From Proteobacteria bacterium UBA4457 (GTDB lineage: Bacteria; Pseudomonadota; Gammaproteobacteria; Ga0077536): DNA of 64,000 nucleotides. Location: the NCBI GenBank assembly GCA_002390205.1, contig DGOV01000083.1, positions 1,788-65,787 of the forward strand, written 5' to 3'. The translations under genes and the position numbers were made by a program. Positions 62,981 through 64,000 of this stretch are shown here, in pieces (position 1 is the stretch's first letter; every line of letters begins with the position of its first letter). The notes under the pieces were generated by a model. It saw only the letters and a list, made by a program, of their open reading frames with translations. It was not told the origin of the DNA and searched no databases.

Positions 62981-64000
62981 TTTCGGCGCTCCTTTTTACA
63001 TATCTGCGAAGTAGTAGTGGAAGACATCCTAGCGTACTAATCAAAGTTACTGAAAGGCCTAAGCTGAGCAAAAGACCCATACTTCCTGTGCCCGCATGAG
63101 GTGATATAGCCAAGTTCCCAAAGCTAGCCATGGTAGTTAGAGTGCTTAGAATAACTCCTCTTGCGGTACTGGTTCGCATGAAATTCATCGATAATCCATC
63201 GTGGTTAATATGGCGATGAATAATATGAAGCGTGCTATCAACACCAATGCCCACGATCAACGGGAGAGCAATGATGTTGGCAAAATTAAATGGCAAACCG
63301 ATTAAAACCATAATTGAAGTTGTTGCCACACATGCTAAGAGCATAGGTATAAGAGCGATTACTACGTGAGACGTTCTCTTCAAAGATACCCACAGCACTC
63401 CAATGATAACGAGACAGGCCGTCGCAAATGCTTGAGCGAACGAGGTGAGTACTGAACGACTTGCTTCAAGGCTGACAATAGGGGTGCCAGTAGCGCTATG
63501 GCCAGTAACTTTCCTTACCTCCGATATAAAGCCAGAGATTTTATCATTCGAATCTAATGATTCCTCAGGATTAATTTGTAGTCGGATAAGTCCTTCTTCC
63601 GATACCCATCGACTTTTAAGAGTGACAGGTAAATTCTCAAGGGTAACCATATTTGGAGATAGCCCATCATTTATTTTTTTTATCAGTGGAGAGAAATGGC
63701 GCATAGTCAGAGCATCTAAATTTCTTGCATATGTGACGTTTTGGTTGTGATCGGCAGTACTCAGTTGATTTAATATGTTTTGCAGCTGAGATTTGTAAAG
63801 GAGTGATGCTTTTGAAGGTTCGAACTGTTTGTCAATCGTTTCAATATTGCGAATTAAATTAATTTTGAGAGCTTTAAGATCAAGACTTGGTGCGTCTATG
63901 TCTTTGGTAAGTTGAAATTCCCCTCCGATCACCAGCCCTAGCTCATCGATGACAGCTAGTTTTGAAGCTTGCTTTTGCGGGATGAAAGATGAGATGAAAG
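62970..64000 (-). CDS. hpnN: HpnN-type MMPL/RND hopanoid transporter, C-terminal part (5' end beyond the window)
   Basis: Frame is open to the window edge (SSFIPQKQASKLAVI). ATGTPI, PFNFANIIALPLIVGIGVD, TTMASFGNL, HAGTGSMG. Confidence 0.88.
   Translation of the reverse strand, partial: FISSFIPQKQASKLAVIDELGLVIGGEFQLTKDIDAPSLDLKALKINLIRNIETIDKQFEPSKASLLYKSQLQNILNQLSTADHNQNVTYARNLDALTMRHFSPLIKKINDGLSPNMVTLENLPVTLKSRWVSEEGLIRLQINPEESLDSNDKISGFISEVRKVTGHSATGTPIVSLEASRSVLTSFAQAFATACLVIIGVLWVSLKRTSHVVIALIPMLLACVATTSIMVLIGLPFNFANIIALPLIVGIGVDSTLHIIHRHINHDGLSMNFMRTSTARGVILSTLTTMASFGNLAISPHAGTGSMGLLLSLGLSVTLISTLGCLPLLLRRYVKRSAEIAR

Overview
64 kb of chromosome from a fairly AT-rich, probably marine Gammaproteobacterium (marine-type Amt, Coq7, TRAP permeases, hopanoid genes). 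Most of the window is housekeeping: rplM-rpsI, coq7, degQ, zapE, ssb/uvrA, lgt-thyA-folA, apaGH, two tandem glnK-amt pairs, aroE, lptD-surA-pdxA-rsmA, mpl, ispG, msrB, dcd, apbC, metG, rsxB-nth, fdxA-mutS, htpG-prmB-aroC and glcEF. Three parts stand out. (1) Left edge: the 5' half of a tRNA-Gln(CTG) gene breaks off just after the anticodon arm. It is followed by att-like repeats, an IHF-like site and the start of a probable tyrosine integrase, so this is probably the border of an integrative element that did not restore the tRNA at this end. (2) About 24.0 kb: a 41-bp palindrome built from two DnaA boxes, with an IHF-like site and further boxes. It lies at the edge of a 7.2-kb block that splits the conserved rsmA-apaG operon. 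(3) Right quarter (49-64 kb): a hopanoid tailoring/transport cluster (mlaA, hpnM, hpnB, hpnH, hpnA, hpnN, plus dxs) with a complete 2-aminoethylphosphonate pathway inside it (PEP mutase, Ppd, AepZ, two cytidylyltransferase domains, a 2OG-Fe(II) hydroxylase). A CDP-alcohol phosphotransferase is translationally coupled between hpnN and hpnA. This is the best candidate for an uncharacterised system: a (hydroxy)aminoethylphosphonate-decorated membrane lipid, possibly a phosphono-hopanoid. All gene calls come from motif recognition by eye; no database searches were run.
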